A stretch of DNA of 64,000 nucleotides. It comes from Alphaproteobacteria bacterium. Lineage in GTDB: Bacteria; Pseudomonadota; Alphaproteobacteria; MPNO01; UBA830. Both the position numbers and the translations under genes were made by a program. The notes beneath the pieces were generated by a model that was not told the DNA's origin, did no database searches, and saw only the letters and a list, made by a program, of their open reading frames with translations. The stretch spans positions 5,056,001 to 5,120,000 of the forward strand of contig OZ251539.1 of assembly GCA_965243135.1 (NCBI GenBank), given 5' to 3'. Shown piece after piece: positions 18,683-30,428 of this stretch; within the stretch, counting starts at the first letter, position 1, and every line of letters begins with the position of its first letter.

Positions 18683-19672
18683 CTATTCCATCAGCAAAAC
18701 CGACTTGCCGACGATCTTTCGGTCCTCGAGCGTCCGGATGCCGTCCATGTACCGGTCGAAAGGCAGCCGGTTCGTCACGTTGGGGTCGATCTTGCCGGCG
18801 CGGAGAAGGTCGTACAGCGCCTCCTGCGCTTCGCCCACCAGAGGCGACGCGCCCTTGATGTAATAGTTCACGGTCGAACCCATGATCGAAATGTTCTTGA
18901 GCAGCAGATAGTTGGTCCTGACCGATGGGATGACGCCCGAAGTGAACCCGGAAACCACCACGCGCCCTTCGCTGGCGATGGCGCGAAGCGTCGCGTCGAA
19001 CACCGCGCCGCCGACCAGATCGAAAGCGAGGTCGACGCCGTGGCCGTCCGTGGCCGCCATCGCCTGCGCGCGCAGGCCGTCCTTGAGATCCTCGACCGAC
19101 AGGTCGATCACCGCATCCGCGCCCGCCTTCGTTACCGCGCCGGCCTTGGACGGCGTGGTGAGCCCGGCGAGGACGATGCGCGCGCCGAGCGCGCGGGCGA
19201 CGTTGATCGAGGCGAGCCCGACGCCGCCCGACGCGCCGTTGACCAGAACCACGTCGCCGGCTGTCATGCCGCCGCGCCGGGTCAACGAAAGGTAAGCCGT
19301 AAGATAGGCGAGGCCCATGCCCGCAGCCGCGTCGAAGCCGACGTCGTCCGGAACCGGGAAGGCCAGCGCGGCCGGACACGCGACCTTTTCGGCCATGGCG
19401 CCGTGGATCACGTGCGCGATGACACGGTCGCCGACCCGGTGCCGGGTCACGCCGTCTCCGACCGCCGAGACGACGCCGGCCGCGTCCTTCCCCGGGGTGA
19501 ACGGCGCCGGCGGGTTGTTCTGGTACTTGCCGTCGAGCGACAGCAGGTCGGTGAAATTGACGCCGCAGGCCCGCACGTCTACGATGACCTCTCCTTCCCT
19601 CGCCACGGGGTCCGGAACTTCGTCGATCCCGACATCCCGGTTTTCGGTGTTTCTTATGACGACGGCACGCAT
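18683..19672 (-). CDS. NADPH:quinone oxidoreductase family (MDR)
   Basis: GVNFTD, PFTPG, NGASGGVG motifs. Confidence 0.85.
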   Translation of the reverse strand: MRAVVIRNTENRDVGIDEVPDPVAREGEVIVDVRACGVNFTDLLSLDGKYQNNPPAPFTPGKDAAGVVSAVGDGVTRHRVGDRVIAHVIHGAMAEKVACPAALAFPVPDDVGFDAAAGMGLAYLTAYLSLTRRGGMTAGDVVLVNGASGGVGLASINVARALGARIVLAGLTTPSKAGAVTKAGADAVIDLSVEDLKDGLRAQAMAATDGHGVDLAFDLVGGAVFDATLRAIASEGRVVVSGFTSGVIPSVRTNYLLLKNISIMGSTVNYYIKGASPLVGEAQEALYDLLRAGKIDPNVTNRLPFDRYMDGIRTLEDRKIVGKSVLLME

Positions 19673-19851
19673 CTTTTCTCCTTCCGCTTCGTCAAGGCCC
19701 GCTCGGGGAATCCGCGGGCGCTGCTGGGCCTCGACGCCCAGCGGCGACGGCCGGCGGCAGGATAGGGCATGAACGGCGCGGCGACTATCCCCGGCCGGCG
19801 CGGCGAAGTTCCCGTCGCGGCGGCGGCGCGCCGATTGCGGAAACGGACGGC

Positions 19852-20733
19852 GTGAGCGGCGTCGTCGGCGATATCGTCTGGCGCCGGGTCGTCGAATCGG
19901 AAGGCCCGGAATTCGAGGTCGGCTTCCTGTTGCCCGACGCGGTCCCGGCCGCGGTGGACCCGCATCGCGAATGGATGGAGCCGCACTTCCTCGAACCCGG
20001 CACCGGCCGCCTGGTCATGGCGATCCAGTCCTACGTTCTGAAGACGCGGCATCACACGATCCTGATCGACTCCTGCGTCGGCAACGACAAGGAGCGCCGT
20101 TTCTACCCGCCATGGTCGGGGCGCACGGGCGGCGGATACCTTGAAGGGCTCGCGGCCGTCGGGGTCGTCCCGGAAGACGTGGATTTCGTCATGTGCACGC
20201 ATCTGCACGCCGACCACGTGGGCTGGAACACGCGGCTGGTGGACGGACGCTGGACGCCGACCTTTCCCAATGCGCGATACGTCTTCGCGAAGCCCGAGTT
20301 CGACTTCTGGTCCGATCTCAACAGGAAAGGCAAGAAATACTCCGACGGTTGCATCGACGACAGCGTGCTGCCGGTGGTGGAAGCCGGCCAAGCGGAAATC
20401 GTCCCGGAAAACTACGCGTTCAACGACGAGATCTGGTTCGAACCGAGTCCCGGACATACGCCCGGCCACGTGTGCATCCGGCTTCGCTCGCGCGGCGCCG
20501 AGGCGGTGATTTCCGGCGATGTCGTCCATACCCCGTTGCAGTGCCGCGAACCCGGGTGGAGCGCCGTCGGCTGCGCGGACCGCGTCCGGTCGGCCGCGAC
20601 CCGAAAGTCGTTCCTCGATCGCTATTGCGAAACCGGCACGCTCGTGATGACGGGGCATTTCCCGTCTCCTTCGGTCGGTTTCGTGCGGCGCCGCGAGGAC
20701 GCGTTCGACTTCGCGTTGGCGGCCCCGTCGTGA
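19852..20733 (+). CDS. MBL-fold metallo-hydrolase
   Basis: THLHADHVGWN, PGHTPGH, SGDVVH. Confidence 0.88.
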   Translation: MSGVVGDIVWRRVVESEGPEFEVGFLLPDAVPAAVDPHREWMEPHFLEPGTGRLVMAIQSYVLKTRHHTILIDSCVGNDKERRFYPPWSGRTGGGYLEGLAAVGVVPEDVDFVMCTHLHADHVGWNTRLVDGRWTPTFPNARYVFAKPEFDFWSDLNRKGKKYSDGCIDDSVLPVVEAGQAEIVPENYAFNDEIWFEPSPGHTPGHVCIRLRSRGAEAVISGDVVHTPLQCREPGWSAVGCADRVRSAATRKSFLDRYCETGTLVMTGHFPSPSVGFVRRREDAFDFALAAPS

Positions 20734-20845
20734 ACCGGTCGCCCGAAAACGGCGCGTGGAGGGGCGGCGCCGACCGTCCGCCGTCGTCGCGGCGGCCCGT
20801 CGTCGCCCTTCGGCGCGCGATGCCCGCCGGACGCGAGCCCGCGCC

Positions 20846-21595
20846 GTGACGGCGGTCTTCGAACCGGGGAGCTACCGCTACGCGCCGGGTCCCTTCCAGT
20901 ACTCGGCCGGCGTCGCCGCCGAGCCGGGTTTCACGATCGAGCGCGCGCGGTTCTCCGAGCCGGTCCCTCTCGAAGAAGGCTTCCGGGCCGTCGAACGCCT
21001 GCTGGCCGCGGCCGGACGGCCGCTGACGGCGTTCTGCGCCTGCGAGCTTCGCTCGCCCGCGCCGTTCACGGAACGGGGTTTCGCCGAATTCAACCGCGTC
21101 TATGCGGAAACCCTGGCGCGCTGGGGCCTCCTCGCGGACGGGAACAATCCCGTCGCAAGGTCCAACGTCTGTCCGGAGATCGACCCTCCGCCGACCCCCA
21201 GCTTTCATGCGTTTTGCTACACGGTTCCGGCTTCCGGCGGCGTCCCGGGGTTCGTCGTGGCGGGCTCGGCGGAAGCGCCGGAAGGCCGCGGCAACTACCG
21301 CGACCACATCGTCCGCCGCGGCGAGACCGCGCCCGGCGCCCTGCGCGAGAAGGCGCGTTTCGTCCTGAACGCGATGGAGACGCGCATGGAGGCGCTGAAG
21401 GTCGGCTGGCGGCACGCGACGGCGACCCAAGTCTATACCGTGCACGACGTTTATCCGTTCCTCGCCGACGATATCCTCGCCCGCGGCGCGGCGGTCGGCG
21501 GCCTCGTCTGGCATTACGCCCGTCCGCCGGTCGAAGGCCTCGAATACGAAATGGACGTCCGCGGCGTGCCGGTCGAACGGGTCGTCCGCCCGTAG
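20846..21595 (+). CDS. CnbZ-like (aminomuconate deaminase-like) hypothetical protein
   Basis: [42 protein letters not shown]; GTG start inferred. Confidence 0.65.
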   Translation: MTAVFEPGSYRYAPGPFQYSAGVAAEPGFTIERARFSEPVPLEEGFRAVERLLAAAGRPLTAFCACELRSPAPFTERGFAEFNRVYAETLARWGLLADGNNPVARSNVCPEIDPPPTPSFHAFCYTVPASGGVPGFVVAGSAEAPEGRGNYRDHIVRRGETAPGALREKARFVLNAMETRMEALKVGWRHATATQVYTVHDVYPFLADDILARGAAVGGLVWHYARPPVEGLEYEMDVRGVPVERVVRP

Positions 21596-21624
21596 GCGTT
21601 TCCCCGCTCCGCCGGCCGCCGCTC

Positions 21625-21654
21625 CTTGCAATCGTTCCTCCTCTCCCCATATCT
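21625..21654 (+). promoter_or_regulatory. Sigma-32 (RpoH) promoter of clpB
   Basis: CTTG-N17-CCCATAT(CT) about 90 nt upstream of clpB, matching the heat-shock consensus. Confidence 0.7.
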
Positions 21655-21743
21655 GCCGCGGGCGCCGCGACGCGGGCCCGCGGAAGGAGCCTGCCGGTCG
21701 TCGGGGGCGAAGGTCGCAATGTCTGAATAGGGAGTTGCGGACG

Positions 21744-24323
21744 ATGGATTTCGACTCGTACACAGAGAGAACTCTCGGGTTCATCCAGGCGGCGCGAGCG
21801 GCGGCTGCCGCGAACGGTCACCAGCACATTCGCCCCGAGCACCTTCTCAAGGTTCTTCTCGACGACGAGGAAGGCCTCGCTGCGGGCCTCGTTTCCGCCG
21901 CGGGCGGCCACCCCGGGACAGCGCGCGCTCGGATCGACGCTTCCGTCGCCGGCCTGCCGAAAGTCGAGGGCGGAACGCAGGGGCAGTTCGCGCCCGAGAC
22001 GGCGCGTTTGTTCGAAAGCGCCGAAGAAATTTCCCGCAAGGCCGGAGACCGGTACGTGACCGTGGAACGCCTGTTGCTGGCGCTGGCGATGGCCGCCGGC
22101 ACGCCGGCCGCGGAGGCGCTGTCCGCCGCTGGCGTGACGCCGCAGTCCCTGAACCGGGCCATAGACGACATGCGCAAGGGACGCAGCGCGGACAGCGCCA
22201 CCGCGGAGAATTCTTACGACGCGCTGAAAAAATACGCCGTCGACCTCACCGAAAGGGCCGCCGGCGCCAAGGTCGATCCGGTGATCGGACGCGACGAGGA
22301 AATCCGTAGGACCGTGCAGGTTCTGTCCCGCCGCACCAAGAACAACCCGGTGTTGATCGGGGAGCCCGGCGTCGGCAAGACCGCCATCGCGGAAGGCTTG
22401 GCGCAGCGCATCGTGAACGGCGACGTGCCGGAGAGCCTGCGCCGCAAGCGGTTGATGGCGCTCGATCTGGGCGCGCTCCTGGCGGGCGCCAAGTTCCGCG
22501 GGGACTTCGAGGAGCGGCTCAAGGCGGTTCTGCAGGAAATCCAGGCCGAAGAGGGCCGGATCGTCCTATTCATCGACGAATTGCATACGCTCGTCGGCGC
22601 GGGGGCGACGAGCGGAACGATGGACGCCTCGAACATGCTCAAGCCGGCTCTGGCGCGAGGCGAACTGCACTGCATCGGCGCGACCACGCTCGACGAGTAT
22701 CGCAACCACGTCGAAGCGGACGCCGCCCTCGCCCGGCGGTTTCAGCCGGTGTTCGTGTCCGAGCCGACGGTGGAGGAAACGATCTCGATTCTGCGCGGCC
22801 TGAAGGAGAAATACGAGGTCCATCACGGCGTGCGAATCACCGACGGCGCGATCGTGGGAGCGGCGACGCTGTCCGACCGCTACATCTCCGACCGCTTCCT
22901 TCCCGACAAGGCGATCGATCTGGTGGACGAGGCGTCCGCGCGCCTGCGCATGGAAATCGATTCCAAACCCGAGGAAATCGACGAGCTCGACCGCCGGATC
23001 ATCCAGATCAAGATCGAACGCGAAGCGCTGAAGAAGGAAACCGACGCGGCGTCGCGGGACCGGCTGGAGCGGCAGGAGAAGGAACTCGCGGAACTGGAGG
23101 CGAAGGCGGCGGATCTGACGCGCGTCTGGAAAGAGGAAAAGGAGCAGATCTCCGACGCGCGGCAACTCAAGGAAAAACTGGAAGAGGCGCGCATCGAGCT
23201 GGGGCAATCCCAGCGCGAGGGAAATCTGGCGCGCGCCGGGGAACTCGCCTACAGCATCATCCCCGAACTGGAGAAAAAGCTGGAAAGCGCGGCCGGAAGC
23301 CAGGGGCGCATGCTCGACGAGGAGGTCTCGGACAGCGATATCGCCGCCGTCGTTTCCCGATGGACCGGCGTCCCGGTCGAAAGAATGCTGCAAGGAGAAC
23401 GCGAGAAACTGCTGCGCATGGAAAGCGTTCTCGGCCGGCGCGTGATCGGTCAGGACGAGGCGATCCGGGCGGTCAGCAACGCGGTGCGCCGTTCCCGGGC
23501 CGGCCTGCAGGACCCCGGTCGCCCGCTCGGCTCCTTCCTGTTCCTCGGTCCCACCGGTGTCGGCAAGACCGAGTTGTCGAGAGCGCTCGCGTCTTTCCTG
23601 TTCGACGACGAAGCGGCGATGTTCCGGCTCGACATGTCCGAGTACATGGAGCGGCACGCCGTCTCGAGGATGATCGGGGCGCCGCCCGGCTACGTCGGTC
23701 ACGACGAGGGCGGAGCGCTTGCCGAGGCGGTGCGGCGCCGCCCCTACCAGGTGATCCTGTTCGACGAAATCGAAAAGGCCCATCCGGACGTCCTGAACAT
23801 CCTCCTTCAAGTCCTCGACGACGGACGCCTCACCGACAGCCACGGACGCGTCGTGGACTTCCGCAACGCGCTGATCGTCATGACCTCCAATCTCGGAAGC
23901 GAAATACTGGCGGCCCGCCCCGACGGCGCGGACGAGGTCAGGGACGCGGTGATGGAAGCCGTGCGCGCTTCCTTCCGTCCGGAATTCCTTAACCGGCTCG
24001 ACGAGATTTTGCTGTTCCGCCGTCTCGAGCGCGAGCACATGTCCGGCATCGTGGAAGTCCAGCTCGCGCGCCTGCGCCGGACGCTGGCCGACCGCGAGAT
24101 TGCGCTGGAGGTCGACGGGTCGGCGGTGGAATGGCTGGCGGACCGGGGCTACGATCCGGCCTACGGAGCGCGGCCGCTCAAACGCGTGATCCAGAACGAA
24201 CTTCAGGACGCGCTCGCGACGATGCTGCTCGAAGGCCGAATCGAGGGCGGCGACGCCGTGCGGGCGACCGCCGGTGCCGGCGGACTCGTCATCTCCGGAC
24301 CCGCGGCGCGGGCCGCGGCGTAG
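21744..24323 (+). CDS. clpB: ATP-dependent chaperone ClpB
   Basis: Two AAA modules ([16 protein letters not shown]), middle coiled coil, YGARPLKR. Confidence 0.97.
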   Translation: MDFDSYTERTLGFIQAARAAAAANGHQHIRPEHLLKVLLDDEEGLAAGLVSAAGGHPGTARARIDASVAGLPKVEGGTQGQFAPETARLFESAEEISRKAGDRYVTVERLLLALAMAAGTPAAEALSAAGVTPQSLNRAIDDMRKGRSADSATAENSYDALKKYAVDLTERAAGAKVDPVIGRDEEIRRTVQVLSRRTKNNPVLIGEPGVGKTAIAEGLAQRIVNGDVPESLRRKRLMALDLGALLAGAKFRGDFEERLKAVLQEIQAEEGRIVLFIDELHTLVGAGATSGTMDASNMLKPALARGELHCIGATTLDEYRNHVEADAALARRFQPVFVSEPTVEETISILRGLKEKYEVHHGVRITDGAIVGAATLSDRYISDRFLPDKAIDLVDEASARLRMEIDSKPEEIDELDRRIIQIKIEREALKKETDAASRDRLERQEKELAELEAKAADLTRVWKEEKEQISDARQLKEKLEEARIELGQSQREGNLARAGELAYSIIPELEKKLESAAGSQGRMLDEEVSDSDIAAVVSRWTGVPVERMLQGEREKLLRMESVLGRRVIGQDEAIRAVSNAVRRSRAGLQDPGRPLGSFLFLGPTGVGKTELSRALASFLFDDEAAMFRLDMSEYMERHAVSRMIGAPPGYVGHDEGGALAEAVRRRPYQVILFDEIEKAHPDVLNILLQVLDDGRLTDSHGRVVDFRNALIVMTSNLGSEILAARPDGADEVRDAVMEAVRASFRPEFLNRLDEILLFRRLEREHMSGIVEVQLARLRRTLADREIALEVDGSAVEWLADRGYDPAYGARPLKRVIQNELQDALATMLLEGRIEGGDAVRATAGAGGLVISGPAARAAA

Positions 24324-24378
24324 CCGGCGGGAGAAGCGGAACGCCGGGGAGGAAAACGGAGGCGCGGTCCGGGGACGC

Positions 24379-25743
24379 TCAGCGGGGCGCGGCCGCCGCC
24401 CCCGCGACCATGCCGTCGATCCTTTCGCGCTCCCTCTGGAAGCGAGCGAGCTCGTCGCCCGCCAGCACCTTCCCGGAGGGCATCTTTACCGACAACGGGT
24501 TGATTTGCCTGCCGTTCCTGTGAATTTCGTAGTGAAGATGGGGCCCGGTCGACAGTCCGCTGCTGCCGACGAAACCGATCACCTGCCCCTGGCGAACCCG
24601 GCTGCTTTTCGTGACGCCGCGCTTGAAGCTGCTCAGGTGAGCGTAGGCCGTCGAGTACCGCGAGTTGTGCCGGACGAGGATGTATCTGCCGTACCCGCCC
24701 TTGTTTCCGCGATAGACCACCACGCCGTCGCCGGCGGCCATGATCGGCGTTCCCGCAGGCGCCGCGAAGTCGACGCCGCGATGCAGTCTGGTGAATCCGA
24801 GAATCGGATGCTTCCGCTTTCCGAAGGCGGAGCTCAGGCGGGCGCCGTCGACCGGCGTGCGCAACAGGGCGCGGCGCGCGCTCCGCCCGGAGGCGTCGAA
24901 GTAGTCGGCGCCCGACGGCGTCTCGAAGCGATAGAGTGGTTTTTCGTCGCCCGACAACGTCAACCGCGCGAAGACGATATCGCCGTGCCGCAGCGCCTCG
25001 CCGTCGGCGCCGAGGAATTTTTCGTAAGCCAGATGAAAACGGTCTCCCGGCTGGATCTCGCGCTGGAAGTCCACCTCCCAGCTGTACAGGCGGATCAGCT
25101 CGGCGACGACCGGCGCCGGCACGCCGCCGCGGGCGGCCGCCTCGTACAGGCTCGACCGGATTTCCCCCTTCGCGGACGCCATCCGGGCCACGACAGGCTT
25201 CTCCTTGCGGAACGCCCGGTAGCGTCCGTCCTGCCCGCGCCGCACTCCGACGTTCCGAAGGCCGAGGTCGAGATCCATCGCCTCCAGGTCGTTTTCCTTC
25301 GACAACGTCACGTCGATGCGCTGCCCGATCTGGAGGTTTCGCGGATCGAAGACCTTCTTCAACGCGGCGGCGGCGTCGTGCGCCTGTCGGCGCGATACGT
25401 TGGCGGTCGCCAGGACGGCGGCGAGAGTGTTGCCCTTGCGCACGGTGAAAGTGCGCCGTTCCGGATCGACGCCCTTCGCGGCCGCTGTCTCGTCCGTCCG
25501 AACGGGCGGATGCTCTCCCGCCAAGGGCGGGCGCGGTTCGGGAAGCGCCGCGACCTCTTCTCGTTCTTGCGCCTGTTCGGCGTTGCGTCCGGCCTTGCCG
25601 AACTCTCCCGCCATATACGCCGCCAACAGCAGGAGCGCGCCGAGCGCGGCGCAAAGCGCGAACCTTGCGTCGAGCGCGCGCCGGAACCGGCCCGGTCCAG
25701 CCAGCCCCTTCGAAGAGAAACGCGGAACGATGCGAGCTGACAC
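24379..25743 (-). CDS. M23 family peptidoglycan DD-metalloendopeptidase
   Basis: HRGVDFAA, YAHL, STGPHLHYE; N-terminal TM; start uncertain. Confidence 0.88.
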   Translation of the reverse strand: MSARIVPRFSSKGLAGPGRFRRALDARFALCAALGALLLLAAYMAGEFGKAGRNAEQAQEREEVAALPEPRPPLAGEHPPVRTDETAAAKGVDPERRTFTVRKGNTLAAVLATANVSRRQAHDAAAALKKVFDPRNLQIGQRIDVTLSKENDLEAMDLDLGLRNVGVRRGQDGRYRAFRKEKPVVARMASAKGEIRSSLYEAAARGGVPAPVVAELIRLYSWEVDFQREIQPGDRFHLAYEKFLGADGEALRHGDIVFARLTLSGDEKPLYRFETPSGADYFDASGRSARRALLRTPVDGARLSSAFGKRKHPILGFTRLHRGVDFAAPAGTPIMAAGDGVVVYRGNKGGYGRYILVRHNSRYSTAYAHLSSFKRGVTKSSRVRQGQVIGFVGSSGLSTGPHLHYEIHRNGRQINPLSVKMPSGKVLAGDELARFQRERERIDGMVAGAAAAPR

Positions 25744-25884
25744 CCTCGCCCTCCGATACGAGTATGAGCGTTCTTATCAGGCGCCGGCGGAAATGTCCAT
25801 GCCTTTTCCGGTTCGAGGTCCTTTGCGCCGCGCCGCGGCAATTCCCGTCGAAACGTCAGGACGGAACGTCGAACCCGCCCGGCA

Positions 25885-27426
25885 TCAGGCGGTTTCGAAC
25901 TCGAACCCGACGATGTTGCGCTCCTCCCGGCCGAACTCCATGCCGATCAACCGGATCGGCACCCCGAGATGCCGGTACTTGTCCGCGTAGCCGCGCTGCC
26001 GCATTTGCGCCAGCGCCCGGCCCTCCTGCCCCGGACCCACGACCTTGAACTCGTACAGATGCACGCATCCCGGACTCAGCACAGCCATGTCCAGGCGTCC
26101 GCGGGCGGTCGCTTCCTCGACCCGAACGTCCAGCCCCGCCGCCGCGAAGTGCGAGTAGACGAGGGCCGCCCAATAGCCCTCGTAGAGGTCGTTCTTCCGG
26201 TGCCAGTCGTGAGGAACGCTCGCGAAGAACGCCTCGAACAGCGTCCTCACCTTCTCCGGATCGTCCTCCGCCGTCAGCCTGGCAAGCTCCGCCTGCCGCA
26301 TCGCCTCCCCTCCCGTTGCCGGAGACATCGCGCGCAGCAGCCGCCCGTTCAGGCTGCACTTCACCTCGTAGTTCGGATAGTCCAGCCGGTACAGGCTCCG
26401 GACGCCGACGGCTTCTTCCCCGACGATGGTCAGATAGCCGGTCTGGAACAAAAGCGCTTCGATCGAGATGTCGTCGACGTCGAAGGCCGACAGCAACGAA
26501 TCGTCCGCGACCATGCTCTCCAGGGCCGGAGGCGCGACCCGCCGCCGCGACAGAAGATCGACGAGAAAGCGCGGCGTCCCGGTCTCGAACCAGTGCGCCT
26601 TGAATTCGCGCGTTTCGAAAAGAAGCAGGATGTCGAACGGGTTGTAGACCTTCTCCGCGCCGCGCCAGTTGTAGCCGTTGTACCAGCGGCGGATTTCGTT
26701 TCGGTCCAGGCCCTCGAGTTCCGGGGCGAAGACCGCGTCCAGCTCTTCGTCCGTGTAGCCGCAAAGGGCGCCGAAACGCGGATCGAGGGTGATGTCGGTC
26801 AGGTTGTTCAGGCCCGAGAACAGGCCCGCTTTCGAGAACTTGCTCACCCCCGTCAGGAAAACGAAACGGAGATGCTCGTCGCAGTCCTTGATCGCCCCGT
26901 ACAGGTCGCTCAGAAAATCGCGATTGGCTAGCGCTCGTTCCTGGTCTCCGAGCGCGTCCAGGATCGGCTTGTCGTATTCGTCCACCAGAACGACCGCCTG
27001 CTGTCCGGTGCGCTCGTGCAGGGCCTCGATCAATTCTCCGAAACGGTTCGACGCCTCGACAGGGCAAGGTTCGAGGCCGGCGCGCCTCTCTGCGGCCGCC
27101 AACTGCCTTTCCACGGTTACCCGAACCCCGTCCGGCGTACGGAAACTGCCCCTGCCGAAGCCGAGCCGCACGACCGGATGGCGCGCCGACCAGTCCCACC
27201 CGTCGTGTATGGCGAGGCCCCGGAACAGCTCCTCGCTTCCCTCGAACAGCTTCTGCAGCGTGTTCACCAGGAGGCTCTTGCCGAACCGGCGCGGGCGCGA
27301 CAGGAAGTTGTATTTGCCCCTCTCGACGAGGCGGCGCACATGCTCCGTCTTGTCGACGTAGTAGCAGTCCATCTCCCGGATCTCCCGGAGGGAGGTCATG
27401 CCGGTCGGAAGCATGCGTTTTACCAT
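25885..27426 (-). CDS. AAA-ATPase-like plus PD-(D/E)xK nuclease (PDDEXK_9/DUF1703) protein
   Basis: YYVDKT, SRPRRFGKSL, VDEYDKP, FLTGVSKF, GRLD...EFK, Q...RGYADKY. Confidence 0.88.
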   Translation of the reverse strand: MVKRMLPTGMTSLREIREMDCYYVDKTEHVRRLVERGKYNFLSRPRRFGKSLLVNTLQKLFEGSEELFRGLAIHDGWDWSARHPVVRLGFGRGSFRTPDGVRVTVERQLAAAERRAGLEPCPVEASNRFGELIEALHERTGQQAVVLVDEYDKPILDALGDQERALANRDFLSDLYGAIKDCDEHLRFVFLTGVSKFSKAGLFSGLNNLTDITLDPRFGALCGYTDEELDAVFAPELEGLDRNEIRRWYNGYNWRGAEKVYNPFDILLLFETREFKAHWFETGTPRFLVDLLSRRRVAPPALESMVADDSLLSAFDVDDISIEALLFQTGYLTIVGEEAVGVRSLYRLDYPNYEVKCSLNGRLLRAMSPATGGEAMRQAELARLTAEDDPEKVRTLFEAFFASVPHDWHRKNDLYEGYWAALVYSHFAAAGLDVRVEEATARGRLDMAVLSPGCVHLYEFKVVGPGQEGRALAQMRQRGYADKYRHLGVPIRLIGMEFGREERNIVGFEFETA

Positions 27427-27739
27427 CCGAAGAGAGTAGGCCGCCGTGCCGGAGCCGTCAACGAGCGGCTCCAAGCCGGGCAATCAGGCGACCCGGGCAA
27501 AGACCGTTCCGCCGCCGCCCCGTTGTGGATTTCGGCGGCGGAGCGACGGGAAGGCGCCCGTCGAAAGGCGGCGTCCGGGCGGGCGGCCCGGGTTTCGAAA
27601 CCGGCCGCCTCGGCGCGGCGAATTCGCAGTTTTCCGAAACCGAAGCGGGGTAACGTTGTCTCCCCCTTGAAACTTGTCCGCAGGGGGCGCGGACAGCGCA
27701 GGCGGCCCGGTTCGCCGACCGGGCGAGCCGGCGGGAAGC

Positions 27740-28162
27740 CTAACCGACGATGTCGATCTCGCTGAAGAAGAAAGCGATTTCCCGCTGCGCAGTTTCCGGC
27801 CCGTCCGATCCGTGCACCGAGTTGGCCTCGACGGACTGGCCGAAGTCGCTGCGGATCGTTCCCTTTCCGGCATTCGCGGGATTGGTCGCCCCCATCACCT
27901 CGCGGTTTTTCGAGATCGCGTCATCGCCTTCCAGCACCTGAACGACGACGGGGCCGGACGTCATGAACTCGCACAGGTCGTCGAAGAACGCCCGATCCCT
28001 GTGCACGTGATAAAGTTTTTTCGCAAGGTCGGGGGTCAGCTGAATGCGGCGCTGGGCGACGACGCGAAGGCCAGCGTCTTCGAGCCGCGCGACGATCGCG
28101 CCGGTCAGGTTGCGCTGCGTCGCGTCGGGCTTGATGATGGAAAGCGTTCGTTCGACCGCCAT
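27740..28162 (-). CDS. ndk: Nucleoside diphosphate kinase
   Basis: [18 protein letters not shown]. Confidence 0.97.
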   Translation of the reverse strand: MAVERTLSIIKPDATQRNLTGAIVARLEDAGLRVVAQRRIQLTPDLAKKLYHVHRDRAFFDDLCEFMTSGPVVVQVLEGDDAISKNREVMGATNPANAGKGTIRSDFGQSVEANSVHGSDGPETAQREIAFFFSEIDIVG

Positions 28163-28253
28163 GAGTGACAGGCTCCTTTTGCGGAAATCGGCGCGCCTTA
28201 TAGACGCTCGCGGCCGACGGGGCAACTTGACGCGCGGCGGCCCGACGGGCGGC

Positions 28254-28703
28254 CTACGCCTTTTTCTCCCAGCCGCCGCCCGGAGTCTGCCGCCAATAGA
28301 CCGGCGCGTGCCCCTCCGACTTGCACCGCTTCCAGCGTTCGCGCGCGGCCGCCAAGGCGGCCGCGTCGCGGCCGTCGAACATGTCGAGGCAGCGTTCGAA
28401 CTCCGCCATGTCCGGCGCCGCGGCGCCGTCCGTCAGCACGAGAATGCCGGCACCGTTGGGATTGTCGCGATCCGGCGTGATCCATATGGGCTGCCGGTCG
28501 CCGCGGCCGTCGCGCGCCGTGCCGTGCGGAAGGAACGAGCCGGGATCGTACGTCCAGAGGACGCCGCCGAGGAACTCGGCCCGTTCCTCCGAGCCCGCGC
28601 GGACCACCGCCCGCGCGCCGCTGCGGTGGACTTTCTCCATCAACCGCGGCAGCGCCCGCTCGAGCGGCGTGTGGAGCAAATGATAGAAACTGACGTCGAC
28701 CAC
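28254..28703 (-). CDS. holC: DNA polymerase III subunit chi
   Basis: [25 protein letters not shown]; downstream of pepA. Confidence 0.9.
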   Translation of the reverse strand: MVDVSFYHLLHTPLERALPRLMEKVHRSGARAVVRAGSEERAEFLGGVLWTYDPGSFLPHGTARDGRGDRQPIWITPDRDNPNGAGILVLTDGAAAPDMAEFERCLDMFDGRDAAALAAARERWKRCKSEGHAPVYWRQTPGGGWEKKA

Positions 28704-28705
28704 GC

Positions 28706-30199
28706 TCAGCCTTCGTAGTGCTCCGCCACCAGACGGTCGAGGAGCCGCACGCCGAACCCCGTGCCTCCCTTCGGCACGGTCGGAGCGTCCTTGCTCGACC
28801 ACGTCACGCCGGCTATGTCGAGATGCGCCCATTTGACGCCGTCCCTGACGAAGCGCTTCAGGAACTGCGCCGCGGTGATCGACCCGGCCCAGCGGCCGCC
28901 GACGTTCTTCATGTCGGCGATATCGGATTTGAGCAGCTTGTCGTAAGCGTCGCCGAGCGGCAGGCGCCACACGGGCTCTCCGACCGCCTGACCCGCGGCG
29001 AGGAGCCTGTCCGCGACTTCGTCGTCGTTGGCGAACAGGCCGGCGTTCTCGTGTCCGAGCGACACGATCACGGCGCCCGTCAGCGTCGCCAGATCGATCA
29101 TGGTGTGCGGCTTGAACTTGTCCTGGCAGTACCACATGGCGTCGGCCAGAACGAGCCTGCCCTCCGCGTCCGTGTTGATCACCTCGACCGTTTGTCCCGA
29201 CATCGTGCGCACGACGTCGCCCGGCCGCTGCGCCGTGCCGGACGGCATGTTCTCGACCAGGCCCGCGATCCCGACCGCGTTGACCTTCGCCCTGCGGCCG
29301 GCGAGCGCCTTCATCAGCCCGAGGACGACGCCGGCGCCGCCCATGTCCCATTTCATGTCTTCCATGTTGCTCGCCGGCTTGATCGAAATCCCGCCGGTAT
29401 CGAACGTGACGCCCTTGCCCACGAAAGCGATCGGACTTCGGTCCCGCGCCGCGCCGTTCCAGCGCGCGACGACGAGCCGCGGGCTTCGAGCCGACCCTTG
29501 GGCGACGCCGAGCAGCGCGCCCATCCCGAGCGCCGCCATCCGCTTTTCGTCGAGCACCTGCAGCCGAACGCCGAGCTCGCGAAGCGCCTCCGCCCGCTTC
29601 GCCAGCGTTTCCGGATAGATCACGTTCGCCGGTTCGGACACCAGATCGCGCGTGAAAAAAACCGCGTCCGCGACCCTGTCCAGCGCGGCGAACGCCTTCT
29701 CCGCGTCCGCTTCGTCCCGCGACGACACGACGAGGCTTTCGAGCGCGGGCAGGGACTCGGCCTTTTCCGCGGTCCTGTACCTGTCGAAGCGATAGGAAGC
29801 CAGACGCGCGCCGTACGCCGCGTTCGCCGCGATGTCCGAAGCCCGGAGGCCCGAACCCTTGACCGAATCGGCGGCGACCAGAGCGGATTTGTCGCGGCCT
29901 TCGCAAATCGCCTTGTACGCAAGTCCGCCGTACGCCTGCGCGGCGAGAGCGTCGAAGGAATCCTCGTCTCCCACCCCGACGATCGCGACGCGGCTCGCGC
30001 CGATTCCGGCCGGCGCCGGAATGGCGAGGGACTGGCCGCGCTTGCCCTCGAAGCGACTCGTCTCGATCGCCCGCGAGAGGGCGCCGTCCATCGCCTTGTC
30101 CACGCGGCGCGCCGTCGCCAGCAAGGTCCGATCCGCCGACGCGGCGGCGACGAGGGTTCCCGCGCGGGGAAGAGCGGGAGAGGAAAAAGCGATCTTCAT
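28706..30199 (-). CDS. pepA: Leucyl aminopeptidase
   Basis: VGKGVTFDTGG, MKWDMGGA, NTDAEGRL, HLDIAG. Confidence 0.95.
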   Translation of the reverse strand: MKIAFSSPALPRAGTLVAAASADRTLLATARRVDKAMDGALSRAIETSRFEGKRGQSLAIPAPAGIGASRVAIVGVGDEDSFDALAAQAYGGLAYKAICEGRDKSALVAADSVKGSGLRASDIAANAAYGARLASYRFDRYRTAEKAESLPALESLVVSSRDEADAEKAFAALDRVADAVFFTRDLVSEPANVIYPETLAKRAEALRELGVRLQVLDEKRMAALGMGALLGVAQGSARSPRLVVARWNGAARDRSPIAFVGKGVTFDTGGISIKPASNMEDMKWDMGGAGVVLGLMKALAGRRAKVNAVGIAGLVENMPSGTAQRPGDVVRTMSGQTVEVINTDAEGRLVLADAMWYCQDKFKPHTMIDLATLTGAVIVSLGHENAGLFANDDEVADRLLAAGQAVGEPVWRLPLGDAYDKLLKSDIADMKNVGGRWAGSITAAQFLKRFVRDGVKWAHLDIAGVTWSSKDAPTVPKGGTGFGVRLLDRLVAEHYEG

Positions 30200-30428
30200 T
30201 CAACGACTCCACCGGATGGGTTCTGCCGACCTCGCGTCGGAAGATACACGGCGAAGCCCGGGCTTCGCAATCCCTCGCCTGCCTTCCGGCGCCGCGACGG
30301 GGGCCTCCGTCCGGGCGGAGCGCGGCCCGCGAACGCGCTCCCGGCGCCGCGCGCCTTCCCGGCGAAAACGACGCACGATCGATCGATCCGCTTGTGACAG
30401 CTAAGCTGCAAGCGACTATATTGCAGCC

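Noticed and set aside
22566-24038. Long antisense ORFs opposite clpB, lptD, fabF, ubiD and others
   Set aside because: Shadow ORFs caused by GC3 bias, with no recognisable motifs
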